Shown here: one piece after another, positions 8,747 to 18,053 of the stretch | Position numbering within the stretch: the stretch's first letter is position 1 | Layout of the letters: each line of letters starts with the position of its first letter | Assembly (NCBI GenBank): GCA_964559195.1 | Contig: CAZLJB010000001.1 | Span: forward strand, 1 to 40,966 | Length of the DNA stretch: 40,966 bases | Reading direction: 5' to 3' | Source of the DNA: an uncultured Anaerolinea sp. | GTDB taxonomy: Bacteria > Chloroflexota > Anaerolineae > Anaerolineales > Villigracilaceae | Program-made: the position numbers and the translations under genes | Notes under the pieces: generated by a model | Database searches by the model: none | What the model was told of the DNA's origin: nothing | The model's input: the letters and a program-made list of their open reading frames with translations, nothing else

Positions 8747-9505
8747 ATGCTCACTCCCCGTGCATCCGAACCATCAAACGTACAGGAAACACCGCAAGGC
8801 TGGCGACTTCAAATTCCTTCAGATCAAACAACCAAATACCACCTTGCTCAATTGGATAATTACAAGAGACTACCACGAAGATTTTTCCTAAACCAATCTC
8901 CTTCAAGCCTCGACCTTATTTGCCGGGCTTCAAAAAACGATATACCCGGTACCTGGGGGTTCGGTTTTTGGAATGACCCTTTCACCCTATCAATTGGTCT
9001 TCGCGGTACCGAACAACGCCTGCCAGTATTGCCTAACGCCAGCTGGTTTTTTCACGCATCACCAGAAAACCATTTATCATTTCACAAGAACTTTCCTGGT
9101 AGCGGCTTTATGGCACAAACCTTTCGAAGTCCTAAAATACCTTCCAGCCTGCTACTACCCGCTGGATTGGCTGCGCCGTTCTTATTTATAAAAAGGATCT
9201 CAAAATTATTCCGCTCCTTTGCCGGGAAAATAATTGCTGAGGACAGCAAACTACTGCAGATTAACACCACTCAATGGCATGCATATAACATCTCTTGGGA
9301 TTCAACCGAAGTCCGGTTCTGCATTGACGGAGATATTGTATTTAAAACTTCTGTCAGTCCACAAGGGCCTTTGGGAATCGTAATTTGGATTGACAATCAA
9401 TTCGCGGCCTGGAAGCCCAATGGAATTGTTAGCATGGGGGCCATTTCTAGACATACACCGGCCTGGCTTGAAATCAAACAGATAACAATAAATTCCAGTA
9501 AATAA
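8747..9505 (+). CDS. Hypothetical protein, ConA-like/GH16-like beta-sandwich fold suspected
   Basis: C-terminal WHAYNISWDSTEVRFCIDGDIVFKT...PLGIVIWIDNQ resembles the GH16/ConA-like pattern WHtY.i.W....i.fyvDG. No ExDxxE catalytic motif seen. No obvious RBS. Confidence 0.5.
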   Translation: MLTPRASEPSNVQETPQGWRLQIPSDQTTKYHLAQLDNYKRLPRRFFLNQSPSSLDLICRASKNDIPGTWGFGFWNDPFTLSIGLRGTEQRLPVLPNASWFFHASPENHLSFHKNFPGSGFMAQTFRSPKIPSSLLLPAGLAAPFLFIKRISKLFRSFAGKIIAEDSKLLQINTTQWHAYNISWDSTEVRFCIDGDIVFKTSVSPQGPLGIVIWIDNQFAAWKPNGIVSMGAISRHTPAWLEIKQITINSSK

Positions 9506-9561
9506 TAATTTAAACAAATAATCCCACCTTCCACAATATTTCAAAGCAAGTGATGCGCCTT

Positions 9562-10458
9562 TCATCGAAATATTATTACGCCCAGCGCAAATAAAAGCGA
9601 AAAAATAAGCGCCAGCTGAGCTGTTCCACCCAGGGTCTGGTTGAGCTGTCGACCTTCGGAATTTATGAATTCGCGGTAAAGATTATAAGCCTTCGGTAAA
9701 GACAACCATGAAAGTAAAGGTCCCAGGGAAGTAAGTCCTGATAACCACAATCCGAATGGTACCAGGTAAGCGAAGGTCAGGCACAGCAAATACTCCTTGT
9801 ACATTGCATTTTTCCCCAATAATACCGCCATTGTGCGTTTATTTGCGGCTGTATCAGTCATTAGATCGCGAGTATTGTTGACTACCAATATGTTTACGAT
9901 TAGCAAACCCACCGCAAGTGAAGCCCAGGCGACAACCGGGGTAATCAATCCAGATTGGGCATAATATGACCCGCAAACTGCTGCAAAACCAAATGATAAT
10001 AAAACAAATACATCCCCCATTCCATAATACCCATAAGGAAAAGGGCCGCCGGTGTATGCCAGAGCAGCTGCCATGATTACCAAACCGAGTACCAAAATAG
10101 GCCATCCACGCAGCCAGGTCAGATAAAGACCCAGCAAACCAGCCATAACAAAAATAATGATTATCCCGGATCGCATCTGTGAAGGAGAAATTAATCCTGC
10201 TGCAGTAACACGAGTTGGGCCGAGCCGATCAGGCGTATCCGAGCCACGTTCGTGGTCGAACAAATCATTGGATAAATTCGCACCTATTTGCATCAAGAGT
10301 GAAATTAACAAGCACGCGAGTGCTGATGGTAAATGAAAGACACCATCCCGAAGCGCAAAAGCAATCGCTAATAAAACTGGAGCGGCGGCGGCAGGCAGGG
10401 TCCGTGGACGGGCAGCCATTATCCATGCAGTAGAAAATGATAAAGTTGTTGGTTCCAT
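9562..10458 (-). CDS. menA: 1,4-dihydroxy-2-naphthoate polyprenyltransferase (UbiA superfamily)
   Basis: WIMAARPRTLPAA start, NDLFDHERGSD (NDxxDxxxD) and a second Asp-rich region NNTRDLMTD, 8-9 TM helices, 298 aa. Confidence 0.85.
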   Translation of the reverse strand: MEPTTLSFSTAWIMAARPRTLPAAAAPVLLAIAFALRDGVFHLPSALACLLISLLMQIGANLSNDLFDHERGSDTPDRLGPTRVTAAGLISPSQMRSGIIIIFVMAGLLGLYLTWLRGWPILVLGLVIMAAALAYTGGPFPYGYYGMGDVFVLLSFGFAAVCGSYYAQSGLITPVVAWASLAVGLLIVNILVVNNTRDLMTDTAANKRTMAVLLGKNAMYKEYLLCLTFAYLVPFGLWLSGLTSLGPLLSWLSLPKAYNLYREFINSEGRQLNQTLGGTAQLALIFSLLFALGVIIFR

Positions 10459-10690
10459 GTATTTTCCGATTACCCAATTTCCTTTGTTTTGCGAACGGCC
10501 CGGAAAATAAAATTTGTAACCAAACCCGGGTCACTATCTCGAAATTAAACTCAGACGCAATCCATGCAAAATTTATTGCCAGAATAAACTGAAACCCTAT
10601 TTATCTCAACCTGTTCAACTTTAACAGCTAGCCAACTTTAATATTTATTACTTCTTCATCAGCTGAGAATAAATTCGGAGATTAGGGACC

Positions 10691-10724
10691 CTGGATGAGC
10701 AAGACAGCAGCCCTGCTCATCCAG
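10691..10724 (-). terminator. Hairpin 9 nt downstream of the acylase stop
   Basis: 11-bp perfect stem ctggatgagca / tgctcatccag with a 12-nt loop. The trailing sequence is not T-rich. Confidence 0.35.
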
Positions 10725-10732
10725 TAAATGTG

Positions 10733-13288
10733 CTAGGGGATCAGGTTTAGTGTCGCTTCAGCATCCTTGTTAACTGAATTAGAATTCCACCACATCGGAT
10801 AATATTGGATATTGCGCCAAAGATCTATCATGTCTGCATAGTGTGGGTGATATGCATGACCAGATTGCCCGGTAGTGTGAACTGTAACCGAGTTATTTAA
10901 ATCATTCAGATCTACAATCATGCGCATCGAAGGCAACCAGTTAACTTCATAAGACGCATAAATATCCCATCCGGTAGCATTAACGATTGATTCTCCTCCG
11001 TTGGTTGGGTATGGTCCACGATTGAATAAATTCTCAATCGGAGCTATTCCCGATTTTCCAAGGGTTCCATTCCGGAAAGTCGCAAAGTGCAAATCACCCC
11101 ACCTCCATTTGCTGATGTCAGATCCAAATTTAGCCTGACATTCCTGACATTTTACAGCCTCCGCAAAAGCCCTCGCAAATATATCGTCACGGGTCTCAAC
11201 TTTATCGGGGGTTGTTTTGTCATCCCACCAGGGTGAATCGGGTTGCGTCACAAGATTACGCATAATTTCATAAGTACGTGAACCTCCGGAGGGCTGATAA
11301 TCATCGGGAATATTTTCATCTTTGAAAGTCCCTGCCACCAGATCCCACCAAAAAGCTTCGAACAAGGCTGCTGGCGCCGAATTCATGGTTTCCTGATAAT
11401 CCCAATTGGCCAGGTATTGATCCCGAATTTTCGCCAGGGCTGGATCCAGATTCACTTTATTTAGAATGGGAATCATTGTCTCCGCATTTAAACTTTTATC
11501 ATCACCCTGCATTTTCTGGAAATATTGTATATCAATTTTTCCCGGCGCCTGCTGGATCATATCAACAATACGCTGTGCGCGAAAACCATAATCCCAATCC
11601 GTACCGACCAGGTATTTATAATCCGCAGGAGGTACCTGGTTATTGGCGGTCACGATATATCCAGAAGGAGGATTGAAAACATAGGGATGTTCTTCAAATG
11701 GAATATAACCTGTCCATTCATATTCGCCTGTCCAACCTGGCACCGGCAACCGGCCATCGCCCTTTGCGCGAATGGGAACATTTCCAGGCATTTGATAACC
11801 GATGTTGCCATCCAGGTCTGCGTAAATTAAATTTTGAGCTGGCACCACAAAATCACTGGCTGCTTTGCGGAATTCCTGCCAATTTTGAGCTTTGTCGAAG
11901 CCCCAAATCGCTTTAAAAACCGAGCCTGGTTCAAGAGCTGTCCAGCGCAGCGCAATCGCATAGTTTTTAGGCAAATCAATCCCAACGCGATCCTTAAAAG
12001 CTGTCGCAGTTGGAGTGACAAAATTCTTCAATGGTCCGTATGCATCAGAAATAATCGGACCATGCCGGGTAACACGTACCTGAAGTTCAACGGGTTGGCC
12101 ACCCCCAATCTTGATCGATTCGGTATGGACTTCCATATCAACCCACTTGCCCATATATTCATACTGATTAGAATTGGCAGGGTTTATTTTTTCTACAAAT
12201 AAATCCATAACGTCCGGACCTGTATTTGTAAAAGCCCATGCTATTTGATCATTATGTCCGATGACAACTCCTGGCACGCCAGCAAATGAGAAACCAGCCA
12301 CTTCAAACGGGCAGTCGGGACCCTTTGGTTCGCAATGCAACCCTATCTGGTACCAAATCGATGGCATCTGAATACTCAAATGCGGATCATTGGCCAACAG
12401 AGGCTTACCAGTAGTGGTCAATTTCCCCGAAACAACCCAATTATTTGATCCAATCGATGCGCCTGCCTTCCCTAATACCCCATCTAGTGATGCCAGTTTA
12501 CTGGAAACATAATCCAGATCAGACACTGACATCCCGGATGTAGAATCCGGGGCCAGTCCTGACACACCTGCAGTGGGCAAACCACTTAGATCACCAATTT
12601 GAGGAACAACAATAGGGTGGTCTGACGGGTAAGGAGGAAATAAGTCATTCACCTGTTGAGGGCTTAGAGTTTTCATTAAAATCGCACGTTCAATCTCAGC
12701 CCCCATATTGCCGCGTAAATCCCAAGCCATAGCTTTGGCCCAGGTCAGCGAATGAATTGGAGTCCATAATTCCGGTTTATAAGACGGTGTCAACAATCCA
12801 AGAATACCATATTCCAGACTAAGTTTTGTTCCGTCATGGTCTGCCAAATAAGCGTTGACCCCGTCAGAATATGCAAGAAGAATTGAGCGGGATTCAGGGT
12901 CCAGGGTTTCAAACTCTTTTTCGGCTATTTGTCTCCACCCGAGCGTACGCAAAAAGACATCCGTGTCCAACTGGCTTTTCCCGAACATTTCAGAAAGCCT
13001 TCCGGATCCTATGTGTCGCCAAAAATCCATTTGCCAGAAACGATCCTGGGCGTGAATATAACCCTGCGCCATAAATAAATCATGCAGACTGGCAGCATAA
13101 ATATGCGGGATGCCCATTTGATCTCGCACAACCTTCACTACACTATTCAAACCGGTTAACTTCAACTCTCCGCTGGTCTGGGGAAAAGAAGCCTTGATTA
13201 CGGCATTACCAGCCAGTCCTCCCAGAATGGCAAGTAATACCAGCACGATGATGAACGCTGTCAACAACTTTCTTATTTTTAGTGGCAT
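10733..13288 (-). CDS. Penicillin acylase-family Ntn hydrolase (penicillin/AHL acylase type), N-terminally anchored
   Basis: N-terminal hydrophobic anchor LLTAFIIVLVLLAILGGLAG. GSNNWVVSG (beta-subunit nucleophile Ser) followed by LLANDPHL. 851 aa. AAAGGAGAAGG RBS. Confidence 0.9.
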   Translation of the reverse strand: MPLKIRKLLTAFIIVLVLLAILGGLAGNAVIKASFPQTSGELKLTGLNSVVKVVRDQMGIPHIYAASLHDLFMAQGYIHAQDRFWQMDFWRHIGSGRLSEMFGKSQLDTDVFLRTLGWRQIAEKEFETLDPESRSILLAYSDGVNAYLADHDGTKLSLEYGILGLLTPSYKPELWTPIHSLTWAKAMAWDLRGNMGAEIERAILMKTLSPQQVNDLFPPYPSDHPIVVPQIGDLSGLPTAGVSGLAPDSTSGMSVSDLDYVSSKLASLDGVLGKAGASIGSNNWVVSGKLTTTGKPLLANDPHLSIQMPSIWYQIGLHCEPKGPDCPFEVAGFSFAGVPGVVIGHNDQIAWAFTNTGPDVMDLFVEKINPANSNQYEYMGKWVDMEVHTESIKIGGGQPVELQVRVTRHGPIISDAYGPLKNFVTPTATAFKDRVGIDLPKNYAIALRWTALEPGSVFKAIWGFDKAQNWQEFRKAASDFVVPAQNLIYADLDGNIGYQMPGNVPIRAKGDGRLPVPGWTGEYEWTGYIPFEEHPYVFNPPSGYIVTANNQVPPADYKYLVGTDWDYGFRAQRIVDMIQQAPGKIDIQYFQKMQGDDKSLNAETMIPILNKVNLDPALAKIRDQYLANWDYQETMNSAPAALFEAFWWDLVAGTFKDENIPDDYQPSGGSRTYEIMRNLVTQPDSPWWDDKTTPDKVETRDDIFARAFAEAVKCQECQAKFGSDISKWRWGDLHFATFRNGTLGKSGIAPIENLFNRGPYPTNGGESIVNATGWDIYASYEVNWLPSMRMIVDLNDLNNSVTVHTTGQSGHAYHPHYADMIDLWRNIQYYPMWWNSNSVNKDAEATLNLIP

Positions 13289-13412
13289 ACCTTCTCCTTT
13301 GAAATATTTGGTGCGATTATATACGAATGTTTACCAACTATTTACATTCCATTAATCTAGCGTTTACTTGAATAGGATATAATAGGTAAAATTATACGAA
13401 TAAAAGGAAAAA

Positions 13413-13712
13413 ATGTTAAATATTCTAGATGATCAAATAACAAGTTTCAATAGTTGGGAACAACTACAACAACCCGTTCATGGTGCCAGTCAGCACGCCG
13501 ATACGCTCCGTCTTCTCGCTGCACTTGATGAGGGTTGGCAAATCCAGGAAGTCGCCAATTACCTTGCCCATGGTCACAACGCAGAAGGACGGGGGTATTT
13601 AATCACACTTTACCATTCTCAACGAAGACTCACCCGCGAATGGAACGTAGCCCTAAGCTCTAGCATGAATGCCCTTCTGGCTTTTGAAGGTATTCCGGAT
13701 ATAAGCGCCTAA
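13413..13712 (+). CDS. Hypothetical protein (99 aa)
   Basis: ATG preceded by AAAGGAAAAA. Composition is not obviously random. No family recognised. Confidence 0.45.
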   Translation: MLNILDDQITSFNSWEQLQQPVHGASQHADTLRLLAALDEGWQIQEVANYLAHGHNAEGRGYLITLYHSQRRLTREWNVALSSSMNALLAFEGIPDISA

Positions 13713-13907
13713 TAAACTGGGAGTTTTTGGTTAAAAAAAGGCTCCCGCGTGGAGTTTTTTGCTTTAAAACCACTTGTTATTCAATTCGGCCCATAAAGTG
13801 TTGTAAAATACAAACGATTATTCAATATATAAAGTGTCCTTTCCCTTTTATTAAAATTGGTTCATTTATCACATAATCGTGAAGCTGGCAACTGAATAGG
13901 AGAATAC

Positions 13908-14711
13908 ATGGATAAATATCGAGTCGAGCCTGGAAAAAAAATCAACCTGAAGGATTTTAATCCTGATGATAACAGCCAGTTCTCTGGCGGAAAAAAGGAT
14001 GGGATAAGCAAATTAGCAGAACTCACTAAGAAGCTCGATGGTCTCCAAGAACTGCTATACGCAGAGCATCAACACAAAATACTGGTAGTTTTACAAGCCC
14101 GGGATGCAGGGGGCAAAGACGGCACGATTCGATCCGTTTTCAGTGGTGTCAACCCCCAGGGAGTCCGGGTGACAAGTTTCAAAATACCCACAGAACAAGA
14201 AAGAGATCACGATTTCCTATGGCGAATCCACCAACAAACACCCGGAAATGGAGAACTGGTGGTATTTAATCGCTCACATTACGAAGATGTACTTGTCGTA
14301 AGAGTTCACAAATTAATTACCAAAGATACATGGAACCGACGATATACCCAAATAAATGAGTTTGAAAAATTACTGGCAGATGAAGGCACAACAATATTAA
14401 AATTTTACCTTCATATTTCCAAGGAAGAGCAAAAGAATCGGCTCCAGGAACGAATTGATGACCCAGCCAAAAACTGGAAATTTAACCCAGGAGATTTAAA
14501 AGAACGTGCTCTTTGGGATGAGTATACAAACGCCTATGAAGATGCACTCAATGAAACCAGTACTTCCTGGGCACCCTGGTATGTAATTCCAGCCAACCAT
14601 AATTGGTATAGAAACTTGTGCGTAGCGTCCGTTTTAGTAAAAGCCCTTGAAAATCTAAAAATGAGCTATCCCACTCCGGCACCTGATCTTGGAAAGATTG
14701 TTATTGAATAA
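13908..14711 (+). CDS. ppk2: Polyphosphate kinase 2 family (polyphosphate:nucleotide phosphotransferase)
   Basis: P-loop-like LQARDAGGKDGTIR, FNRSHYEDVLVVRVH, WAPWYVIPANHNWYRN. Single-domain 267 aa. TAGGAGAA RBS. Confidence 0.88.
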   Translation: MDKYRVEPGKKINLKDFNPDDNSQFSGGKKDGISKLAELTKKLDGLQELLYAEHQHKILVVLQARDAGGKDGTIRSVFSGVNPQGVRVTSFKIPTEQERDHDFLWRIHQQTPGNGELVVFNRSHYEDVLVVRVHKLITKDTWNRRYTQINEFEKLLADEGTTILKFYLHISKEEQKNRLQERIDDPAKNWKFNPGDLKERALWDEYTNAYEDALNETSTSWAPWYVIPANHNWYRNLCVASVLVKALENLKMSYPTPAPDLGKIVIE

Positions 14712-14803
14712 TTGATTTAGGTTACCTTATTTTAGAAGTTATGTATACTCATTATTGGCTTGAACTGCTGTTGGATCAAACCTATAACAAAACAAGTAAC
14801 AGT

Positions 14804-15844
14804 TTACTCTTGGACTGTAATCTTGGTGATATGTCGAAATTTCCCGGGTTCGATGCCTAAACGCTGTGATATAACCAGGGATAGCATTTGTAAAGGCAAG
14901 ATTTCCACAAGGGAACGGACGCTTTCATCAACCCTGGGTATTTGAATGGTTGAAAGTTGATGATCGGCTTCAGTTGCAAACCAAAGAACTCGACCACCAT
15001 AAGAAACCACCTCCATGGCAAGCTCCCGGTTAAGGGTGGCAGTCTGCGGAGCACCCTCCATAACCAGCAGGGTCAGCCGTGGTGAGGCAAGTTCCAATGG
15101 GCCATGCCGGAAATCTGCAACATTCATTCCTTCAAAAACACTTTTAGCAGCTTCTTTATTGGTCAAGGAGCCATTCCAGACCGCCCCCATTGAAGCGCCT
15201 CTCCCAAGAATTAACATTTGGTCGATTGGCCCCAAGAGTGCATCCAATTCAGCCATCTTTTCTTGCCAATTTTCAAGATAACTCTCAATTGAATCGGCAG
15301 CTTTTACCATTGATTGAAGCAGCGATTGCCAATCCCCTCCCGCCAACTGCACAGACGCTAATCTTAACATTGCCATCATGTTAATGAAAGTCTTGGTACT
15401 GACAGTTGCCTCATCCCCAGCATGGATTGGGATAGCCAAATTTGCCTTTTTTGCCAAGGGACTATCTAAATTATTGGTCATGCTAAATTGAAAGGCAGGA
15501 CCTTTGGAGCTGATTTTTTCTAATAAACGCATTATCTCGACACTATAACCTGATTGGGAATTAATCCACAATAATGTTTTATGATCAATCGATTCATAAC
15601 CATAATGTAATAGCTCGGCTGCATTTATGTACATAGCAGGTGTTGGCTGAGATAATAAGGTCAGCCAGGCAGGGTAAGCGGAATAAATAGAGGAACCCAT
15701 GCCAGTCAAAACAATCCGGTTAAAATCGCCATTTTGCAAACTCAATCGCAGCGGTTCTATACTTTCAGCTTGATAATGCGATAAAGCGTCCCGCAGCGCG
15801 GTAGGTTGCGAGAGTATATCTTCGATAAAAGGATTTTTCTGCAT
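14804..15844 (-). CDS. SIS-domain phosphosugar isomerase/deglycase-like protein (GlmS isomerase-half architecture)
   Basis: Two SIS modules (VLTGMGSSIYSAY and ILGRGASMGAV). No glutaminase domain. 346 aa. Confidence 0.8.
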   Translation of the reverse strand: MQKNPFIEDILSQPTALRDALSHYQAESIEPLRLSLQNGDFNRIVLTGMGSSIYSAYPAWLTLLSQPTPAMYINAAELLHYGYESIDHKTLLWINSQSGYSVEIMRLLEKISSKGPAFQFSMTNNLDSPLAKKANLAIPIHAGDEATVSTKTFINMMAMLRLASVQLAGGDWQSLLQSMVKAADSIESYLENWQEKMAELDALLGPIDQMLILGRGASMGAVWNGSLTNKEAAKSVFEGMNVADFRHGPLELASPRLTLLVMEGAPQTATLNRELAMEVVSYGGRVLWFATEADHQLSTIQIPRVDESVRSLVEILPLQMLSLVISQRLGIEPGKFRHITKITVQE

Positions 15845-16215
15845 AAATTATCTCAATTCCTTAGGCAAATTTTTTGGAGAAGGCCGACGGTTATCCTTTT
15901 TCCGGCTCTTATTCGAAATGACCCTGGATGGAAAATAAATGACAAGTAAGTTTTTTGGAACCGTTCGATTATAATCTCGATAAGTAGTTTACCTGGTAAT
16001 TGTTTTATTAATTTATTATCAAACGCCAAAGAAAAACAGGAAATGGGGCGTCGACCAGGTCGGTTTTAAATAAGTTAGGCACACAAAACAGTTAATAATT
16101 TCCCCGTCTCACCTTTAATGGTACAAAATCAAGAAAGGAATATCTAAATGTTGACAATACCAACTACTTACGGCAGGATTTTTGGTGTAACAAATAACCT
16201 ATCAGGAGATTAAAA

Positions 16216-16857
16216 ATGCTTGAAAAACTAAAAGACGAATTGGCACAGCTTCATATGGAACTTCCAAAACACAATCTGGTGGTTTGGACTGGTGGTAACG
16301 TCAGTGCTCGCGACCCCGAAAGCAACCTGGTGGTTATAAAACCTTCTGGAATACGATACGAAGATCTGACTGCCGACAAAATGGTCGTTTTGGACTTGTC
16401 AGGAAATATCCTGGAAGGCAACTTAAAACCTTCATCTGATACCGCCAGTCATCTATTCATTTACCGCCACAGACCCGATGTTAACGGTGTTGTCCACACA
16501 CATTCTCGATACGCCACGGCTTTTGCCGCCGTAGGTAAAACCATCCCGGTTTATCTAACCGCTCAAGCGGATGAATTCGGCGGCGAAATACCTTGCGGGG
16601 GCTTTGCATTAATTGGTGGGGAAGAGATAGGCCAACAAGTTGTTGACCATATTGGCAAATCCAGCGCCTTGTTATTAAAAAACCATGGGGTCTTTACGAT
16701 TGGGAAAAATGCCAACTCAGCCGTTAAGTCTGCGGTTATGGTTGAAGACATTGCAGCAACGGTTTGGATGGCATTACAAATTGGGATACCACAGGAAATA
16801 GATTCGGAAAACGTCGAAAAATTACACTATCGTTATACCCATGTTTATGGACAATAA
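16216..16857 (+). CDS. araD: L-ribulose-5-phosphate 4-epimerase-like class II aldolase/adducin family protein
   Basis: Collinear with E. coli AraD as I recall it: LPKHNLV..TGGNVSARD, VIKPSG, KPSSDT.SH, VVHTHSRYAT, HG.F..GKNA, terminal YGQ. AGGAGA RBS. Confidence 0.75.
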   Translation: MLEKLKDELAQLHMELPKHNLVVWTGGNVSARDPESNLVVIKPSGIRYEDLTADKMVVLDLSGNILEGNLKPSSDTASHLFIYRHRPDVNGVVHTHSRYATAFAAVGKTIPVYLTAQADEFGGEIPCGGFALIGGEEIGQQVVDHIGKSSALLLKNHGVFTIGKNANSAVKSAVMVEDIAATVWMALQIGIPQEIDSENVEKLHYRYTHVYGQ

Positions 16858-16877
16858 ATAATAATCCTGCCTACGCG

Positions 16878-16912
16878 AAAAAATAGCAACTCGACCAGGG
16901 TTGCTATTTTTT
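16878..16912. terminator. Bidirectional rho-independent terminator between convergent genes
   Basis: aaaaaatagcaac / gttgctatttttt stem with a 9-nt loop. The A-run and T-run flanks let it work on both strands. Confidence 0.6.
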
Positions 16913-16949
16913 GTGAACAATTACAACCGTTTAGTATATTAATTGTTTA

Positions 16950-17369
16950 TTACTTCGGCCAACCCACAGGCGGATCACCTAAACCCAGGGTTACATGCAC
17001 AAGATTATTGCCAGCAGTCATCTTTTTTGATGAAAAAGATTTTACAGCCTTACCATCAAAATAAATCGGCTCCTTCCCCGCTACGTCTTCAAGTTCAATA
17101 GTATATAAATCGACCACATCCTCATAAGGATCATCAATAGAAGTATCCAGACTTTTGGTGGAGTCATGATGATCGATTTTCCGTAACTTAACACCAAAAT
17201 TATTTAACCAAATATAACCATCGGGCAAATTACTGGGGAAATCTTTTTGATAGACATCATATTTATCTGTCTGGAAATGTTTGATCGTAATATCTTTCGT
17301 TTCAGATTTTTTATCCAATTTTGGAATTTTAAAACCATTTTTGTCCGGTACAATTTTCTTATCAGCCAT
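16950..17369 (-). CDS. Hypothetical protein (139 aa), orphan
   Basis: CAGGAGA RBS 5 nt upstream of the ATG. Lys/Asp-rich soluble protein with no signal peptide and no family recognised. Confidence 0.6.
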   Translation of the reverse strand: MADKKIVPDKNGFKIPKLDKKSETKDITIKHFQTDKYDVYQKDFPSNLPDGYIWLNNFGVKLRKIDHHDSTKSLDTSIDDPYEDVVDLYTIELEDVAGKEPIYFDGKAVKSFSSKKMTAGNNLVHVTLGLGDPPVGWPK

Positions 17370-17760
17370 AAAAATCTCCTGAAATTAAAAATATGGATAG
17401 AATTATTTTTACCGATTATATCTTATTATGCATTCATGAATAATCTCAGATATTCTTATCAGCCAGAACCTGTCTGAATAATACAAATACCCAGATCAAA
17501 TCGATGGATCTTTAAATCGAGCTGCCAAAATCCAACTGTTCGCGACTTTTTCTTCATAACATCACAGCCGTCCTTGATGAAAGGATAACATCCAAAGTTA
17601 TTTCCCCAGATAGATATCGCTTCTTGAAATAGAAATAAACAAATATTTCCCCATAGCTTAATAAACAAACAAATTAATGGTTCTACTCACCTCTATTCAG
17701 TTTGGGACTCAACTATCCAGATTTTGCCGCCTTGACGCACAAAGATCGGTATTCTCTACA

Positions 17761-17801
17761 ATTTTGGTTTTCACGGGAAGATCACCCGTGAAAACCAAAA
17801 T
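17761..17801. repeat. Perfect 17-bp inverted repeat with 7-nt spacer
   Basis: attttggttttcacggg-aagatca-cccgtgaaaaccaaaat, verified base by base. Lies in a 680-bp AT-rich non-coding gap. Confidence 0.9.
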
Positions 17802-18053
17802 ACTTCTTCCTCACTTTTTTCGGTTTGTGTTCTAGTCTGGGAAAACACCCGGCGAGCAGTTACAAATTTAAAATGAAAATACAGATCATTAATGAAGCTG
17901 TAAATGATTGTCACGCCAATCAAATGACAGCCAGCTAAACCATATTTTATCCAAATGGACTTGCTTAAACGTCTGATGGATGGCCATTAGCCCAAATGCA
18001 TCAATGTTCGCCAACCGGACAACGGATCCCTGACTGAGTAAATAATCTGACAC

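Noticed and set aside
8459-8754. Three overlapping 64-92-aa ORFs between the CDF gene and the 8747 gene
   Set aside because: They are mutually exclusive, lack an RBS, and lie in a divergent promoter region that includes a TATAAT box at 8458-8463 on the minus strand.
17459-17668. 69-aa minus-strand ORF in the AT-rich gap
   Set aside because: No RBS, a Cys/Phe/Ile-rich peptide with no motif, and no coupling to neighbouring genes.
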